Assembly (NCBI GenBank): GCA_003599025.1
Contig: QZIL01000084.1
Span: 4,285 to 68,284, forward strand
Length of the DNA stretch: 64,000 nt
Source: Nitrospiraceae bacterium
GTDB taxonomy: Bacteria; Nitrospirota; Thermodesulfovibrionia; UBA6902
Reading direction: 5' to 3'
The translations under genes and the position numbers were made by a program. Positions 20,202 to 30,014 of the stretch are shown in pieces. The stretch's first letter is position 1. Each line of letters begins with the position of its first letter. The notes below the pieces were generated by a model. That model was not told the origin of the DNA, did no database searches, and saw only the letters and a list, made by a program, of their open reading frames with translations.

Positions 20202-20519
20202 GTATTAATTATAGCTGGTCATACTGAATTTATCATTTATTATAGATTTTGATATTTCTCTTGTATCATTTATAACTTATAGCTCTGTAGGAATTTAGGT
20301 CCATAAAAAGAGAAGTGTGAAATTCACATGTTGAGAATATACTGATAAAAAGTGACTTACATCACTGATGCAGCTCAAATACTTCAATTAGACTATATGT
20401 GAGAGAAACAAATTGAATATTCTATTAAGTTGCCCCGTATTTTAACTGGTAACATGAGAATATTTTAATATCGGGATAATTGATGTTGGGGGGAGGATTG
20501 TATGTGTATATGAAGAAAA

Positions 20520-22124
20520 ATGGAAGTTATGCTAAATAGAAAAAAATATAAATTAACATGTACTGGATTGCTATTATTATTTGCCCTGATAGCAGTTCTA
20601 ATAGTAGTTATGCAAAGTTTGGTATTTGCTGTTTCTTCTATCAATATTCCTGAAATACCACCATTTCCAGCAATAATTTCAACTGGTAACACTTACCATG
20701 TTTCTAAAGATATTGGCAGTAATTTAAATGATGGTTCTTCTGAGCATCCGTGGAAAACACTCCAATATGGGGTTGACCAGGTCAAAGCAGGAGACACGCT
20801 TATTGTTCATGCTACACCTGCTGGGTATAATGAATGGGTGTACATTTCAAACTCCGGTACAGAAAGTAATTGGATTACAATAAAAGGTCGTGATGGGGAA
20901 GATGGACAAAAAGTTATTATAACGGATTACGAACTAAGACTTAAAAGTTCTGCTGCATACATTTCGGTTGAGAATATAAATATTCATGGTAAATATTGGT
21001 CAACACTCTTTCTGAATTCCAATACACATCACTTGGCATTTAATAACATTGAAATTGATTGTCAGAATAGCAGTGAAAATTATACAGGAGTAGTGGTTCA
21101 TGAGGGCGTTAATAATGTCTGGTTCAGGGATATGTATATACATAATTGCGGTTATGAAAAGCTTAGTCCGACGGATGCAAGTGGAGTGTACATGATGCGT
21201 CACCTTAGCACAGATCCTTTAATTACGGATATTGTTTTTATGAATGTTACGGTGAGAGATAATAATGGAGATGGCATTAGCAGCACGGCAGTTGATTCTG
21301 TATACTTTGATAGATGTAATGTAACTAATAATACTGGAGATGGATATGATATATATGCCAGGACAAGGGCGGTTTTTAAAGATATTATTTCTGCCGAGAA
21401 TGGAGAGGGATTACGTTATCAGGGAGTGGGAATCAAGGCATGGTCTAAAGAAACATGGCTCATTAATGCCCTCATATATAAGAATTACTATGATGGAGTA
21501 TTATTTCAGTCTGTTGAGGATAATAGCAAGTTCTTTGTTTTAAACTCAACATTTGTTGACGATGTTTTTTATAATAGAAGTGGTTATGGAACAAACCAAG
21601 TTTATCTTTACAACAATGTGTTCTATCCCCTTAACGCTTACCCGCCCACTGTCATATTTGAGGATATATCTAAACAGACACTTGCAGGAGAGGATAATAA
21701 TTATTACTTCTCAGATAATAATGCTGTTGCCTTTAAATACAAAGAGGGGGGCAAGACTAGAAATTATACGTTCAAAGAAATGGGGGATGGAACATGGTAT
21801 AAATCAACAGGTTATGGGTCAAAAAATATCGGAATCATAGGGTCGCTTGATCACCTTCCAGATCCAGGTTTTACTGACACATATAATAATCTATTTTCTT
21901 TAAAGAAAGGCAGTCTTGCTATAGATGCGGGGATCGATCTGAGTCTAATATTTGATAATTATGATAAAACAAGAATATGTAATCGTAATCCCGATATAGG
22001 TGCAATTGAGTATTGTTCTTGTCCAAATGAATCTATACCAGCAAATTCTGGACAACTTTGTAGTGATCTAGTCCTAATAGACCGTATGGCTCCTGTTGCC
22101 CCAAAGAGGCTAAGAATTCTGTAG
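20520..22124 (+). CDS. Secreted right-handed parallel beta-helix repeat protein (pectate-lyase fold)
   Basis: Signal/anchor LLLLFALIAVLIVV, then GSSEHPWKTLQYGVDQVKAGDTLIVH, then repeated N..F....I.N.G / GDGI turns. The C-terminus has LKKGSLAIDAG...NPDIGAIEY. The gene and its flanks are visibly AT-rich. Confidence 0.75.
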   Translation: MEVMLNRKKYKLTCTGLLLLFALIAVLIVVMQSLVFAVSSINIPEIPPFPAIISTGNTYHVSKDIGSNLNDGSSEHPWKTLQYGVDQVKAGDTLIVHATPAGYNEWVYISNSGTESNWITIKGRDGEDGQKVIITDYELRLKSSAAYISVENINIHGKYWSTLFLNSNTHHLAFNNIEIDCQNSSENYTGVVVHEGVNNVWFRDMYIHNCGYEKLSPTDASGVYMMRHLSTDPLITDIVFMNVTVRDNNGDGISSTAVDSVYFDRCNVTNNTGDGYDIYARTRAVFKDIISAENGEGLRYQGVGIKAWSKETWLINALIYKNYYDGVLFQSVEDNSKFFVLNSTFVDDVFYNRSGYGTNQVYLYNNVFYPLNAYPPTVIFEDISKQTLAGEDNNYYFSDNNAVAFKYKEGGKTRNYTFKEMGDGTWYKSTGYGSKNIGIIGSLDHLPDPGFTDTYNNLFSLKKGSLAIDAGIDLSLIFDNYDKTRICNRNPDIGAIEYCSCPNESIPANSGQLCSDLVLIDRMAPVAPKRLRIL

Positions 22125-22379
22125 AGACTCTACGTTATCAGATACATATGCGTATCAGACTATCCGTGACTACGTCTTACAACGTCAGATTTACCGATTT
22201 TGATAAAATCCGGGACAAAATATCTGCCCGCTATATAATAAGATTAACGGGCTGATTATTTTGATCATTATAGAATGAATGTGTATAAGTGAAGAGCGTA
22301 AGCTTATTAAATAAATCCTTCATGGATGGTTTTTTATTCTGTATACAAATGTAAAAGTTGAACTATCAGGTCTGCCTGT

Positions 22380-23285
22380 TTAATTCCTGTGCCGGATAAA
22401 CGTGCCGTTTCTGTACTCATCAAACGCTGTCCTCAATTCATCCTGCGTGTTCATGACTATAGGGCCGTACCAGGCAACGGGCTCTCCAATCGGTTTCCCG
22501 GATATAAGGAGGAAACGGACCGGACTTCCTTCCGTGATAACTGTGATTGCATCCCCTTTATCAAACAGGACTATGGACCTGTTACTCACGTAAGAATCTC
22601 GTTCAAGATCAAAGTAGTTCTCTCCTACCATTTCATATGTGAAGGGATTTTTTTCTTTGCAGAAATATCCCATGCCGTCAATTACATACGCAAACACGTT
22701 GTGGTCTTTATTTGTGGGATGTATATATGTAGTCCCGGGAGGAATGCTGACGTCGATATACTGGGGGTCAATTATAATGTCCTTCACTGGCCCCTCTGTT
22801 TTGCCTATCCTGCCGGATATGATTTTTATTCTGATTCCATCGTTCAGATTAACTTCAGGAATCTGAGAGCTCTTGACATCCCTGTATCTCGGAGACATCA
22901 TCTTGTTTGATGCAGGGAGATTGGCCCAAAGCTGAAATCCGCCCATTACACCATTGCTGTCGCCCTTCGGCATCTCCTGGTGGATGATGCCGCTGCCTGC
23001 TGTCATCCACTGGACGTCACCCGGAGTTATCACTCCCCTGTTGCCCATGCTGTCGCCGTGTTCTACCTTGCCGTTCAGAACGTATGTAATGGTTTCAATG
23101 CCCCGATGAGGATGCCAGGGGAACCCTTTGAGATAATATTCGGGGATATCTGAGCGGAAGTCATCGAGCAGCAGGAAAGGATCAAACATCGGGACTTCAC
23201 TGAACCCGAAGGCCCTCCGTAAATGAACGCCTGCCCCTTCAATTGCTGGTTTGCTTTTCAGGATTTTAATGATCTTTCTTTCCAT
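22380..23285 (-). CDS. Pirin family protein
   Basis: FPWHPHRGIETITYVLNGKVEHGDSMGN.GVI.PGDVQWMTAGSGIIHQEMP is the pirin signature. It forms a bicupin of 301 aa. Confidence 0.9.
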   Translation of the reverse strand: MERKIIKILKSKPAIEGAGVHLRRAFGFSEVPMFDPFLLLDDFRSDIPEYYLKGFPWHPHRGIETITYVLNGKVEHGDSMGNRGVITPGDVQWMTAGSGIIHQEMPKGDSNGVMGGFQLWANLPASNKMMSPRYRDVKSSQIPEVNLNDGIRIKIISGRIGKTEGPVKDIIIDPQYIDVSIPPGTTYIHPTNKDHNVFAYVIDGMGYFCKEKNPFTYEMVGENYFDLERDSYVSNRSIVLFDKGDAITVITEGSPVRFLLISGKPIGEPVAWYGPIVMNTQDELRTAFDEYRNGTFIRHRN

Positions 23286-23496
23286 TGATCCTAAAAAAAT
23301 CTGAGTTTGATATTACACCTGCTAGTACCATTATACTGCATTAGTACAATAAGGCAATATCAGTTGCCGCTGTTCGCAGATGAGTGTTGGGATTATAATC
23401 AATAGTTAATAGATACTATAGTCTGGTATAGAATGGGACCAAATTATAAGTCTTAAGCAATCATGCGCAACTGCGCAAATATAAATAATATTTTCC

Positions 23497-23524
23497 TTGA
23501 CAGGGCGATGCAGATTGGTATAAT
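23497..23524 (+). promoter_or_regulatory. Consensus sigma70-type promoter (TTGACA-N16-TATAAT) upstream of the PEP-CTERM gene
   Basis: TTGACA at 23497-23502 and TATAAT at 23519-23524, giving a leader of roughly 150 nt before the ATG at 23683. Confidence 0.5.
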
Positions 23525-23682
23525 AACTGTATTAGAAAGATTCCTAATATAAAGCAATTACACCTAAGATGTCTATGAAGCGAGGCTTTCCTAAGCATTA
23601 GAATGGGAAGGAATATACATTAAGGAATTAAAGAAAATAAAAATAATAATAACTATAAAATCAATGCCAGGAGGATGAATAT

Positions 23683-24432
23683 ATGAAACGTTTCATGCTT
23701 ACGATCAGTATTGTTGCACTATGTATTTTTGCCATGTCTTCATGGGCGGAGGCCCAGTTCAATTACTCGGGAGGAATATCGATTGCTGGTGGCTCTGCAC
23801 TGGGGACCGGAAACTGGAATGACAATCCCATGGGAAAGACTAACATGAGCTGGGATGTATCTTGGGATGGAACTGGACTCGTTCATTATTCATACACTTT
23901 TGAAGTTGCCCACCATGATATAAGTCATCTTTCACTCGAGCTTTCTGATTCCTTTTCTGCTACTGATATCACTAACGTGACTATAAATGGAAATGCATCC
24001 TCAGATTACTCAATTGGTAATTTTACAGGAGGTACGGCCCCATATAATACTATGCCCGGAGATATGTATGGAGTTAAATTTGATATGCCTTCCAATACTC
24101 TTCTGGCTACAATTGCATTTGACAGCACCCGTATGCCGACATGGGGTGATATCTATGCTAGGTGCGGGGTAAGAGTAGAACATACACTGCCCAAGACTGA
24201 TCCAGCATGGAAACAGTGGAACTCTGCGTGGAATGCAGGATTCTCAAACGGGGAGACATCAGGTACAGGGAATGATCCAATATTGGCTGCAGGCAATGGT
24301 CCTTATCTGAACCATGTTCTTGTCCCTGATTCGGTTGCAGTAGTGCCAGAGCCTGTAAGCTCTGCCCTGTTTGTCATTGGTGCGACAATGTTTGCCGGCA
24401 GGAAGTATATAAAAAGAAGAAGACTAAATTAA
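23683..24432 (+). CDS. PEP-CTERM sorting-domain secreted protein
   Basis: Signal peptide. The C-terminus VPEPVSSALFVIGATMFAGRKYIKRRR is PEP + TM helix + basic tail, the exosortase sorting signal. Confidence 0.85.
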   Translation: MKRFMLTISIVALCIFAMSSWAEAQFNYSGGISIAGGSALGTGNWNDNPMGKTNMSWDVSWDGTGLVHYSYTFEVAHHDISHLSLELSDSFSATDITNVTINGNASSDYSIGNFTGGTAPYNTMPGDMYGVKFDMPSNTLLATIAFDSTRMPTWGDIYARCGVRVEHTLPKTDPAWKQWNSAWNAGFSNGETSGTGNDPILAAGNGPYLNHVLVPDSVAVVPEPVSSALFVIGATMFAGRKYIKRRRLN

Positions 24433-24618
24433 TATCTTTTTGACGCGTCCTACGGCTCCGCTTACCAGGCGTACTTTTATTCCGTGCGGATGTGAGGAAG
24501 ATTTTGTAAGGATATCTTTAACAATCCCTTCAGTCAGTTTTCCGGTGCGCTGGTCTTTTTTCAGTACGATCGAGACATGTGATCCGGGCCTGATATCAGA
24601 GCGGTTTTTACCTTCCAT
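24424..24618 (-). CDS. YwbE family protein (DUF2196)
   Basis: 64 aa: R..I.PG..V.IV.K.DQRTG.LTEG.VKDILT.S..HPHGIKVRL..G.VGRV. It overlaps the PEP-CTERM gene end convergently by 9 nt. Confidence 0.8.
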   Translation of the reverse strand: MEGKNRSDIRPGSHVSIVLKKDQRTGKLTEGIVKDILTKSSSHPHGIKVRLVSGAVGRVKKILI

Positions 24619-24657
24619 TAGTGTTGACGTGTGCGTTGCTACGAGAGACTCCCCGGT

Positions 24658-25386
24658 TTAATTATTTATTTCAGCCAGCAGATTTGCGGCAATTTGAGGG
24701 TCAAGACTCTTCAGTATCTCATATTCCCTCAGGGCGGATTCCCTGTCTTTTAACTGCAGACTTGAAATAGCAATATTGTAATGGGCGCTTGCAGCATCAG
24801 GGGTACGTGCCAGGACTTTATTAAACAGCTCTATCGCTTTTTCATGCATGCCTGATTCTCCATATGCTATGCCGAGATTCAGTAAGGCATCAGTATCAAG
24901 AGGATCTATTTTAATGGCCTGTTCATACGCTTCTGCTGCTTCTTTATGCATCTTAAGTTTTCCGTATGCAATGCCCATGTTATAATACGCGTCGGGTCCC
25001 TTTGGATTATTATTGATTTCATTCTTGTAGGCCTCTATCGCTTCCCTGTATCTTCCCAATTTCCCGTACGCGACACCAAGGTTGTAACTGGAGTAAACAT
25101 CCCGGGGATTGATCCTTATTACATTCTTGTATGCCTCTATGGCCTCTTCATATCTGCCGGTATCGTCATATGCAACGCCCAGACTGTAATAAGCGCCTGT
25201 GTTTTCAGGGTGTTTTTTTATTTCTTCCTTCAACCGCTCGATATATTTGTCGTGTTCGCTGAGATTGATCTGGGGATCCGCAAACAGTGCGGCAGGGAAC
25301 AGCAGCATTAATAATGCGAGAATACAGACGCATGTATTCAGGTTGAGAAGAACTGATTTTGCCGACGATATTTTTTTAGAAGGCAC
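24658..25386 (-). CDS. Tetratricopeptide repeat protein, secreted/anchored
   Basis: N-terminal hydrophobic segment, then about six 34-aa repeats (AYY.LG.AY...G.Y.EAIEAYK..I.I.P). Confidence 0.85.
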   Translation of the reverse strand: MPSKKISSAKSVLLNLNTCVCILALLMLLFPAALFADPQINLSEHDKYIERLKEEIKKHPENTGAYYSLGVAYDDTGRYEEAIEAYKNVIRINPRDVYSSYNLGVAYGKLGRYREAIEAYKNEINNNPKGPDAYYNMGIAYGKLKMHKEAAEAYEQAIKIDPLDTDALLNLGIAYGESGMHEKAIELFNKVLARTPDAASAHYNIAISSLQLKDRESALREYEILKSLDPQIAANLLAEINN

Positions 25387-25640
25387 AGATAAACTATAAC
25401 AGAAAACGGAGGTAAATAAAACATGTCTGGTCCTGAAAAAAGCATTTGTCCACAGATCTCGATGAATATCACAGGGTTATTATCAGATTATTATGATGTC
25501 CCTTTACCTATTGGGTGCCTGTATGTTGTCGATTTATAAATTGTTGATCATGTAGTTATCTGTGAAATCTGCGGACACAACTGCCGTATTAAGGCTGATA
25601 AATTCTGATGATGCGGGAGGCTGTTTGCCGGGAAGAGACA

Positions 25641-25677
25641 ACAAAAAAAGAGCGCCGGGGGAGGTCCTCGGCGCTCT
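25641..25677 (-). terminator. Rho-independent terminator of ppdK
   Basis: On the minus strand: AGAGCGCCG-loop-CGGCGCTCT (25649-25657 / 25669-25677) followed by a T-run (A-run 25643-25649 on the plus strand), 16 nt after the ppdK stop. Confidence 0.7.
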
Positions 25678-25692
25678 CCGGATATAACGCTG

Positions 25693-28431
25693 CTATTTTT
25701 TCTTCTTGCCCTGTCTTCCCTTGATCGCCGCCTGAGCAGCCGCGAACCGTGCAATAGGCACCCTGAAAGGAGAACAGCTTACATAGTTGAGCCCGATATT
25801 GTGGCAGAACTCAACTGACTTCGGCTCGCCCCCGTGCTCACCGCAGATCCCGAGCTTCAGGTTTTTCTTTACCTTTCTCCCCTGTGAAACAGCTATTTTC
25901 ATAAACGCGCCGACTCCATCCTGGTCTATGGTGATGAACGGGTCATCGTTCAATATCTTGTTCTCAACATAGAAAGGAAGGAACCTGCCGGCATCGTCCC
26001 TTGACAGTCCGTAAACGGTCTGGGTCAGGTCATTGGTGCCGAATGAATAGAAGTCAGCGATTGGTGCGATCTCGCTGGAAGTTACACATGCGCGGGGCAA
26101 CTCGATCATTGTTCCAACAGTGTAAGCTACTTTGGTCTTGTATTTTTTCTGGACTTCTTTTGCTGTGGAAATGACCACCTTCTTCATTGCTGCGAGTTCA
26201 TTGACATGACCTACAAGAGGGATCATTATTTCAGGAATGACCTTGATCTTTTTCTTTGAAAGCTCGCAGGCGGCCTCCATTATCGCCTGTGCCTGCATAG
26301 CATATATCTCAGGGTATGTAACTCCGAGACGGCAACCGCGGTGGCCGAGCATCGGGTTGAATTCGTGAAGCGATTTGTTCTTGTTATTTAACTTATCGAA
26401 CGGGACCCTCATGCTCTTTGCAAGGTCTCTTAAGTCTTTTTCTGTATGAGGCAGGAACTCATGAAGCGGCGGGTCAAGGAGTCTGACTGTGACCGGCAGG
26501 CCTTTCATTGCCATGAATATACCGAGGAAGTCCTTTCTCTGGAAAGGGAGCAGTTTTGCGAGAGCCTTCTGTCTTCCTTCAAGTGTGTCTGAGAGAATCA
26601 TCTCTCTTACTGCCTTGATCCTGTCAGGGCCGAAGAACATATGTTCTGTCCTGCAAAGACCGATACCCTCAGCTCCGAACTTGATTGCAGCAGAAGCATC
26701 TGCGGGAGAGTCTGCATTTGTCCTTACTTTAAGTGTTCTGGCCTGGTCAGCCCAGGTCATGAGCTCTTTGTACCACTTGTTGTGATCAGGGTTTGCAGGA
26801 AGGAGATGGAGCTGTCCTTCATATACTCTTCCCTTTGTACCGTTAAGGGTTATCCAGTCGCCTTCCTTTATGGTCTTTCCGTTAACACTGATTGATTTGC
26901 TTTTTAAATTAATATTGAGAGCCGAACATCCGACGATGCAGCATTTGCCCCATCCGCGTGCTACTAGTGCAGCGTGACTCGTCATGCCGCCCTTAGCAGT
27001 GAGAATAGCCTCAGCAGCATGCATACCGTGAACGTCTTCAGGAGAGGTTTCAGTCCTGACAAGAATGACTTTTTCACCTTTCTTGGCCCATGCTGCAGCA
27101 TCATCTGCTGTTAGCACAACCCGTCCCTTTGCGCCGCCCGGTCCTGCGGGAAGGCCCTTTGCAAGCTCAACTGCCTTTTTCTCGGCAAGCGGGTCGACGC
27201 TTGGATGGAGGAGTTCGTCTATCTGGTCGGGTTTAACACGAATAAGTGCGGTTTCTTTGGTTATCAGCTTCTGCTTTGCCATCTCTACCGCCATGCGGAT
27301 TGCGGCCTGACCGTTACGTTTGCCGACCCTTGTCTGGAGCATCCAGAGTCTGCCTTCTTCAATGGTAAACTCGATGTCCTGCATATCGGTATAATGATTT
27401 TCGAGGCTCTTCTCGTACTTGTGCAGTTCTTTATAAAGGTGAGGCATCTTTTCTTCCAGAGAGGGGAGATGCCTTGTGTCAGCAGTTTTGCCCGCCTTGT
27501 TTACTGGATTGGGTGTCCTCAGTCCTGCGACGACATCTTCACCCTGAGCATTAGGCAGCCATTCACCGAAGAACATGTTTTCACCGGTGGCAGGGTTGCG
27601 CGTGAATGCAACGCCTGTTGCGGAATTATTGCCGGTGTTGCCGAAGACCATTGCCTGGACATTCACTGCTGTGCCCCAGTGGTCCGGCAGTCCTTCGATC
27701 TTTCTGTAGGATATGGCACGTTTCCCCATCCATGACTGGAAGACAGCACTGATACCACCCCAGAGCTGTTCATAATGATCATCAGGGAATGGTTTCTTCA
27801 GAGTGTTCTTGATAATGGCCTTAAATTCATCACAGAGGTTCATGAGATCGTTTACTGTAAGGTCGGTATCGTTTTTATAACCCTTTCTTTTTTTCACTTT
27901 ATCAAGGGCGGACTCAAGTTTGTGGCGTATTCCGTCATGATCGTTTTTGAGCTCTCTGCCGGCCGCCTTTTCCATAACTACATCAGAGTACATCATCATG
28001 AGGCGGCGGTATGCGTCATATACAAACCGGGCATTATTGGTCTTTTTGATCAGCCCGGGAATTGTCTTCGAAGTGAGGCCTACGTTTAATACTGTCTCCA
28101 TCATTCCGGGCATTGAGCTTCTTGCGCCCGAACGTACAGAGACGAGAAGGGGATCGTTAGGGTCGCCGAATTTCTTCCTCATTATTTTTTCAACGCCTGC
28201 CATTGCTGTGTCTACCTGTCCCTTCAGTTCTTTAGGATATTTCCGGTTGTTTTTATAATAAAGCGTGCAGACCTCAGTAGTAATTGTGAATCCGGGCGGA
28301 ACAGGCAGTTTGAGTTTGGGGTGTCCTGCCATTTCAGCCAGGTTTGCGCCTTTGCCACCCAGCAGATTCTTCATGCTTGCATCACCGTCAGCTTTACCGG
28401 CTCCAAAGAAATAGACATACTTTTTGGCCAT
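25693..28431 (-). CDS. ppdK: Pyruvate, phosphate dikinase
   Basis: 912 aa. MAKKYVYFFG.GKADG...LLGGKGANLAEM at the N-terminus, GGMTSHAALVARGWGK (phosphohistidine loop), and a C-terminal PEP-utilising TIM barrel (GTNDLTQ...ICGEHGG). Confidence 0.95.
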   Translation of the reverse strand: MAKKYVYFFGAGKADGDASMKNLLGGKGANLAEMAGHPKLKLPVPPGFTITTEVCTLYYKNNRKYPKELKGQVDTAMAGVEKIMRKKFGDPNDPLLVSVRSGARSSMPGMMETVLNVGLTSKTIPGLIKKTNNARFVYDAYRRLMMMYSDVVMEKAAGRELKNDHDGIRHKLESALDKVKKRKGYKNDTDLTVNDLMNLCDEFKAIIKNTLKKPFPDDHYEQLWGGISAVFQSWMGKRAISYRKIEGLPDHWGTAVNVQAMVFGNTGNNSATGVAFTRNPATGENMFFGEWLPNAQGEDVVAGLRTPNPVNKAGKTADTRHLPSLEEKMPHLYKELHKYEKSLENHYTDMQDIEFTIEEGRLWMLQTRVGKRNGQAAIRMAVEMAKQKLITKETALIRVKPDQIDELLHPSVDPLAEKKAVELAKGLPAGPGGAKGRVVLTADDAAAWAKKGEKVILVRTETSPEDVHGMHAAEAILTAKGGMTSHAALVARGWGKCCIVGCSALNINLKSKSISVNGKTIKEGDWITLNGTKGRVYEGQLHLLPANPDHNKWYKELMTWADQARTLKVRTNADSPADASAAIKFGAEGIGLCRTEHMFFGPDRIKAVREMILSDTLEGRQKALAKLLPFQRKDFLGIFMAMKGLPVTVRLLDPPLHEFLPHTEKDLRDLAKSMRVPFDKLNNKNKSLHEFNPMLGHRGCRLGVTYPEIYAMQAQAIMEAACELSKKKIKVIPEIMIPLVGHVNELAAMKKVVISTAKEVQKKYKTKVAYTVGTMIELPRACVTSSEIAPIADFYSFGTNDLTQTVYGLSRDDAGRFLPFYVENKILNDDPFITIDQDGVGAFMKIAVSQGRKVKKNLKLGICGEHGGEPKSVEFCHNIGLNYVSCSPFRVPIARFAAAQAAIKGRQGKKKK

Positions 28432-28981
28432 TTTTAGTCCTCCAGTATTAGATTTATTATTAGCAACTAAGAAAGAGTGGTTATTTTACAAAATATTATT
28501 GAATAAATTCAAACACAAAAATACTAAGACTGATATTAATATCTTTAATTCATTTATTTTTTTATTAACAAACTAAGTTGTGCTCGTTACTGGTTGCACA
28601 TTAATTGAAATAAATGAATTGAAAAAAAGGTTGACTTGAAAGTCTGAATGGAGTATTAAAGAAATTACCTGTGCTGCTAAGCTCATTAAATGTGATCACT
28701 GTTGTTTAATCATTGTTGTCTTATAAGAATCCGGTCATATTAATTATGAATCACCTTACAATATAAAGGTAAGCTATTTAAAATTGTGATAATCCGGCAG
28801 GAGTGATTCAGCATCATCTTTCTATTAACGGGTGAATTGTGATTTTCATTATTAAGTTGTATCTATGCCACTAAAAGTATTAAGGAATAAGCTGAGTGAA
28901 ATAACGCAAGACATAGTAAGATGTCATTAATCATGATGTCCACACTTGTTGTAACCAATTCATTTTAAATGATCTTTAAGT

Positions 28982-28997
28982 TGGCATAGATAATGCA
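28982..28997 (+). promoter_or_regulatory. Candidate sigma54 promoter upstream of the binding-protein/sensor pair
   Basis: TGGCAT-agata-ATGCA, with GG at 28983-28984 and GC at 28995-28996 (10-nt spacing), about 135 nt upstream of the ATG at 29132. Confidence 0.35.
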
Positions 28998-29131
28998 AAT
29001 TGTAAGACATAATGACAATATAAGCGTCTTATTGTTTTACATATTAATGGTTATGTAAATAGTTAAATGTTTTTTGTAGTTATGCCGATAACAATAGTAA
29101 AAAAAAGGTTTTTTAAGTAAGGAGGTATGAG

Positions 29132-30001
29132 ATGCGGCTTATTATTTTTTTTCTGCTCTTCGTATTGTTTTCCGGAATTTCTTATGCAACCGAGCTGACT
29201 ATCGGATTGATTCCGGAGCAGAATGTATTTAAACAAATGAAAAAATATAAGCCGTTGGGTGAATACATAGAGAAAAAAACAGATATCAGAATAAAGTTTA
29301 CTGTTCTTTCAAGATACGGAAATATCATAGATAGTTTTGAAAAGAAGAAGATGGACGGCGCATTCTGGGGAAGTTTTACAGGTGCAATGGCAATAAAGGA
29401 ATTAGGTATTCAGCCTATTGCCAGACCTGTGAATCCGGATGGAAATTCAACATACAAGGGTTACATCTTTGTACATAAATATAGCGTGATAGACAGTGTT
29501 GATCGTATGAGACATTCTGTTATTGCTTTTGTAGACAAGGCCACAACAGCAGGATATGTTTTCCCTGTAGCGTATTTGAGGGAACATGGTGTAACAGATA
29601 TCAAGTCTTTTTTCAAGGAACATTATTTCACTGGCAGCCACGATGCGGCTATCTATGCAGTCCTGAATAAAGAGGCGGAGATAGGCTGCGCAAAAAATTC
29701 AATATTCGACATGCTGGCCCTGAATGACCCGCGAATAAAAGAAGATCTCAAGATAATAGCAACTTCACCGGCTGTACCTTCCAACGGACTTGCCATGAGA
29801 AAAGATATTGCTACTGATATCAAGAAAAAATTAAAAAAGGTCCTTCTCGAAATGGACACTGATCCCGAAGGAAAAGAAGTCCTTAAACAGTACGGGGCAA
29901 TTAAATTTGTTGATACAACCGAAGCAGATTATGCACCTGTATTCGATCTTGCAAGAAAAGCCGGGATAGACCTGAAGAATTATAACTACAAAAATGAATA
30001 G
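29132..30001 (+). CDS. PhnD-like (phosphate/phosphite/phosphonate ABC-type) periplasmic substrate-binding protein
   Basis: Signal peptide, then LTIGLIPEQNVFKQMKKYKPLGEYIEKK......DGAFWGSFTGA......KGYIFV......AFVDKATTAGYVFP......AVPSNGLAM is the PhnD-family pattern. No ABC permease or ATPase gene is adjacent. Confidence 0.75.
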   Translation: MRLIIFFLLFVLFSGISYATELTIGLIPEQNVFKQMKKYKPLGEYIEKKTDIRIKFTVLSRYGNIIDSFEKKKMDGAFWGSFTGAMAIKELGIQPIARPVNPDGNSTYKGYIFVHKYSVIDSVDRMRHSVIAFVDKATTAGYVFPVAYLREHGVTDIKSFFKEHYFTGSHDAAIYAVLNKEAEIGCAKNSIFDMLALNDPRIKEDLKIIATSPAVPSNGLAMRKDIATDIKKKLKKVLLEMDTDPEGKEVLKQYGAIKFVDTTEADYAPVFDLARKAGIDLKNYNYKNE

Positions 30002-30014
30002 GGATGCTGTTTAA

